Assembly: GCA_977016875.1 (NCBI GenBank)
Contig: CDRNST010000018.1
Coordinates: 186,001-250,000, forward strand
Reading direction: 5' to 3'
From: Pavona decussata
Lineage: Eukaryota
DNA length: 64,000 nt
Shown: positions 63,332 through 64,000 of the stretch, piece after piece
How the letters are laid out: every line of letters starts with the position of its first letter
Numbering within the stretch: position 1 is the stretch's first letter
Program-made: the position numbers and the translations under genes
The notes under the pieces: model-generated
What the model saw: only the letters and a program-made list of their open reading frames with translations
What the model was told of the DNA's origin: nothing
Databases searched by the model: none

Positions 63332-64000
63332 CCAAGTGACCTGTATCCTTGTTTTTTTTTTTAAAAGGCAGTCCTAAGTATCCGCCGGGGGGGGGGGGGG
63401 GGGGGGGAAACGGCAAAGCCTTTTCCCCCATTTGCTTTTCTTTCCTGTGTTGGCTCTTACCAGTACGATGCCGGTTCGTATGATCAGGGAAAATGATGTG
63501 TTACCATCTGCTTTGCCGAGAAATGATAATGATGCTGGCGGCGAAGCCTCCCAACACAGCCGAGTTATATGAGGATGTGTCCGATGAGGAATTTTGAGAC
63601 GCCAATTCAGAGTTTATCAACAAAGTAGCCCGTTTGGAACATGAGTATTTTGATGCATTACATGTTGAAGATGTGCCCGAGAACGCTGCGTATGCAAATT
63701 CTGATGGAAAAAATACCACAAGTGTACGAGATGTCAGCTCCTTTGAACGTGATCATTTTCACCCGTCGAACGTGACGCCTGATTGGCCTTGTTCAGCCTT
63801 TTTTAAGACTGATTCCTTTATGCCGGCCCACGAGATTTTTACTGCTTTGGAGTCGGACGGTTTTCGTGCCAATCACATCCGGTGTCTTCAAAGAAAGCCA
63901 ACAGGTTTTCCTTACCTTTCGCACTCAAGCCTTGCGTGATGCTTTCCTCCAGAGAAGTTCTTTTGTTGTTTCTATGCGCCCTGGCAGACGATTTGTGCCT
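63332..64000 (+). mobile_element. E63: Tx1 element 5' end, ORF1 related to E1, runs off the window
   Basis: MPVRMIRENDVLPSALP..., EHEYFDALHV, PDWPCSAFFKTDSFMP. Confidence 0.85.

Noticed and set aside
63387-63407. Long G run as a distinct G-quadruplex feature
   Set aside because: It is an expanded homopolymer in the motif loop (6-8 G in other copies); slippage or sequencing error is likely.

Overview
Animal (probably invertebrate; taxon cannot be fixed from sequence alone) tandem array of a ~2.0 kb unit U2 snRNA(+) - U1 snRNA(+) - 5S rRNA(-), heavily colonised by site-specific Tx1/L1-type non-LTR retrotransposons (ORF1 with RRM-like region and CCHC knuckles; ORF2 with APE endonuclease + RT). 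No U2 copy in the window is intact. About nine distinguishable U2-inserted lineages (Keno-like) use different junctions, from -29 to +50 of U2. A separate lineage sits after U1 nt 10 and another after 5S nt 41. Two BEL/Pao LTR elements are nested in one U2 element. Most copies are decayed, deleted, chimeric or segmentally duplicated. The most striking unexplained signals are: (i) a conserved ~47-nt RNA motif with covarying stems (UCCUAAGUACC...GCYG-G-rich loop-CGGY) in the 5' leader of five otherwise divergent U2 elements, a candidate ribozyme or translation element; (ii) a 1.3 kb ORF1-only U2-targeting passenger element; (iii) an ~79 bp target duplication that regenerates a U2 target for further insertions. 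Elements are labelled below as E1-E4 (in order) or E plus their approximate kb position. All coordinates were read by eye and may be off by a few nt.
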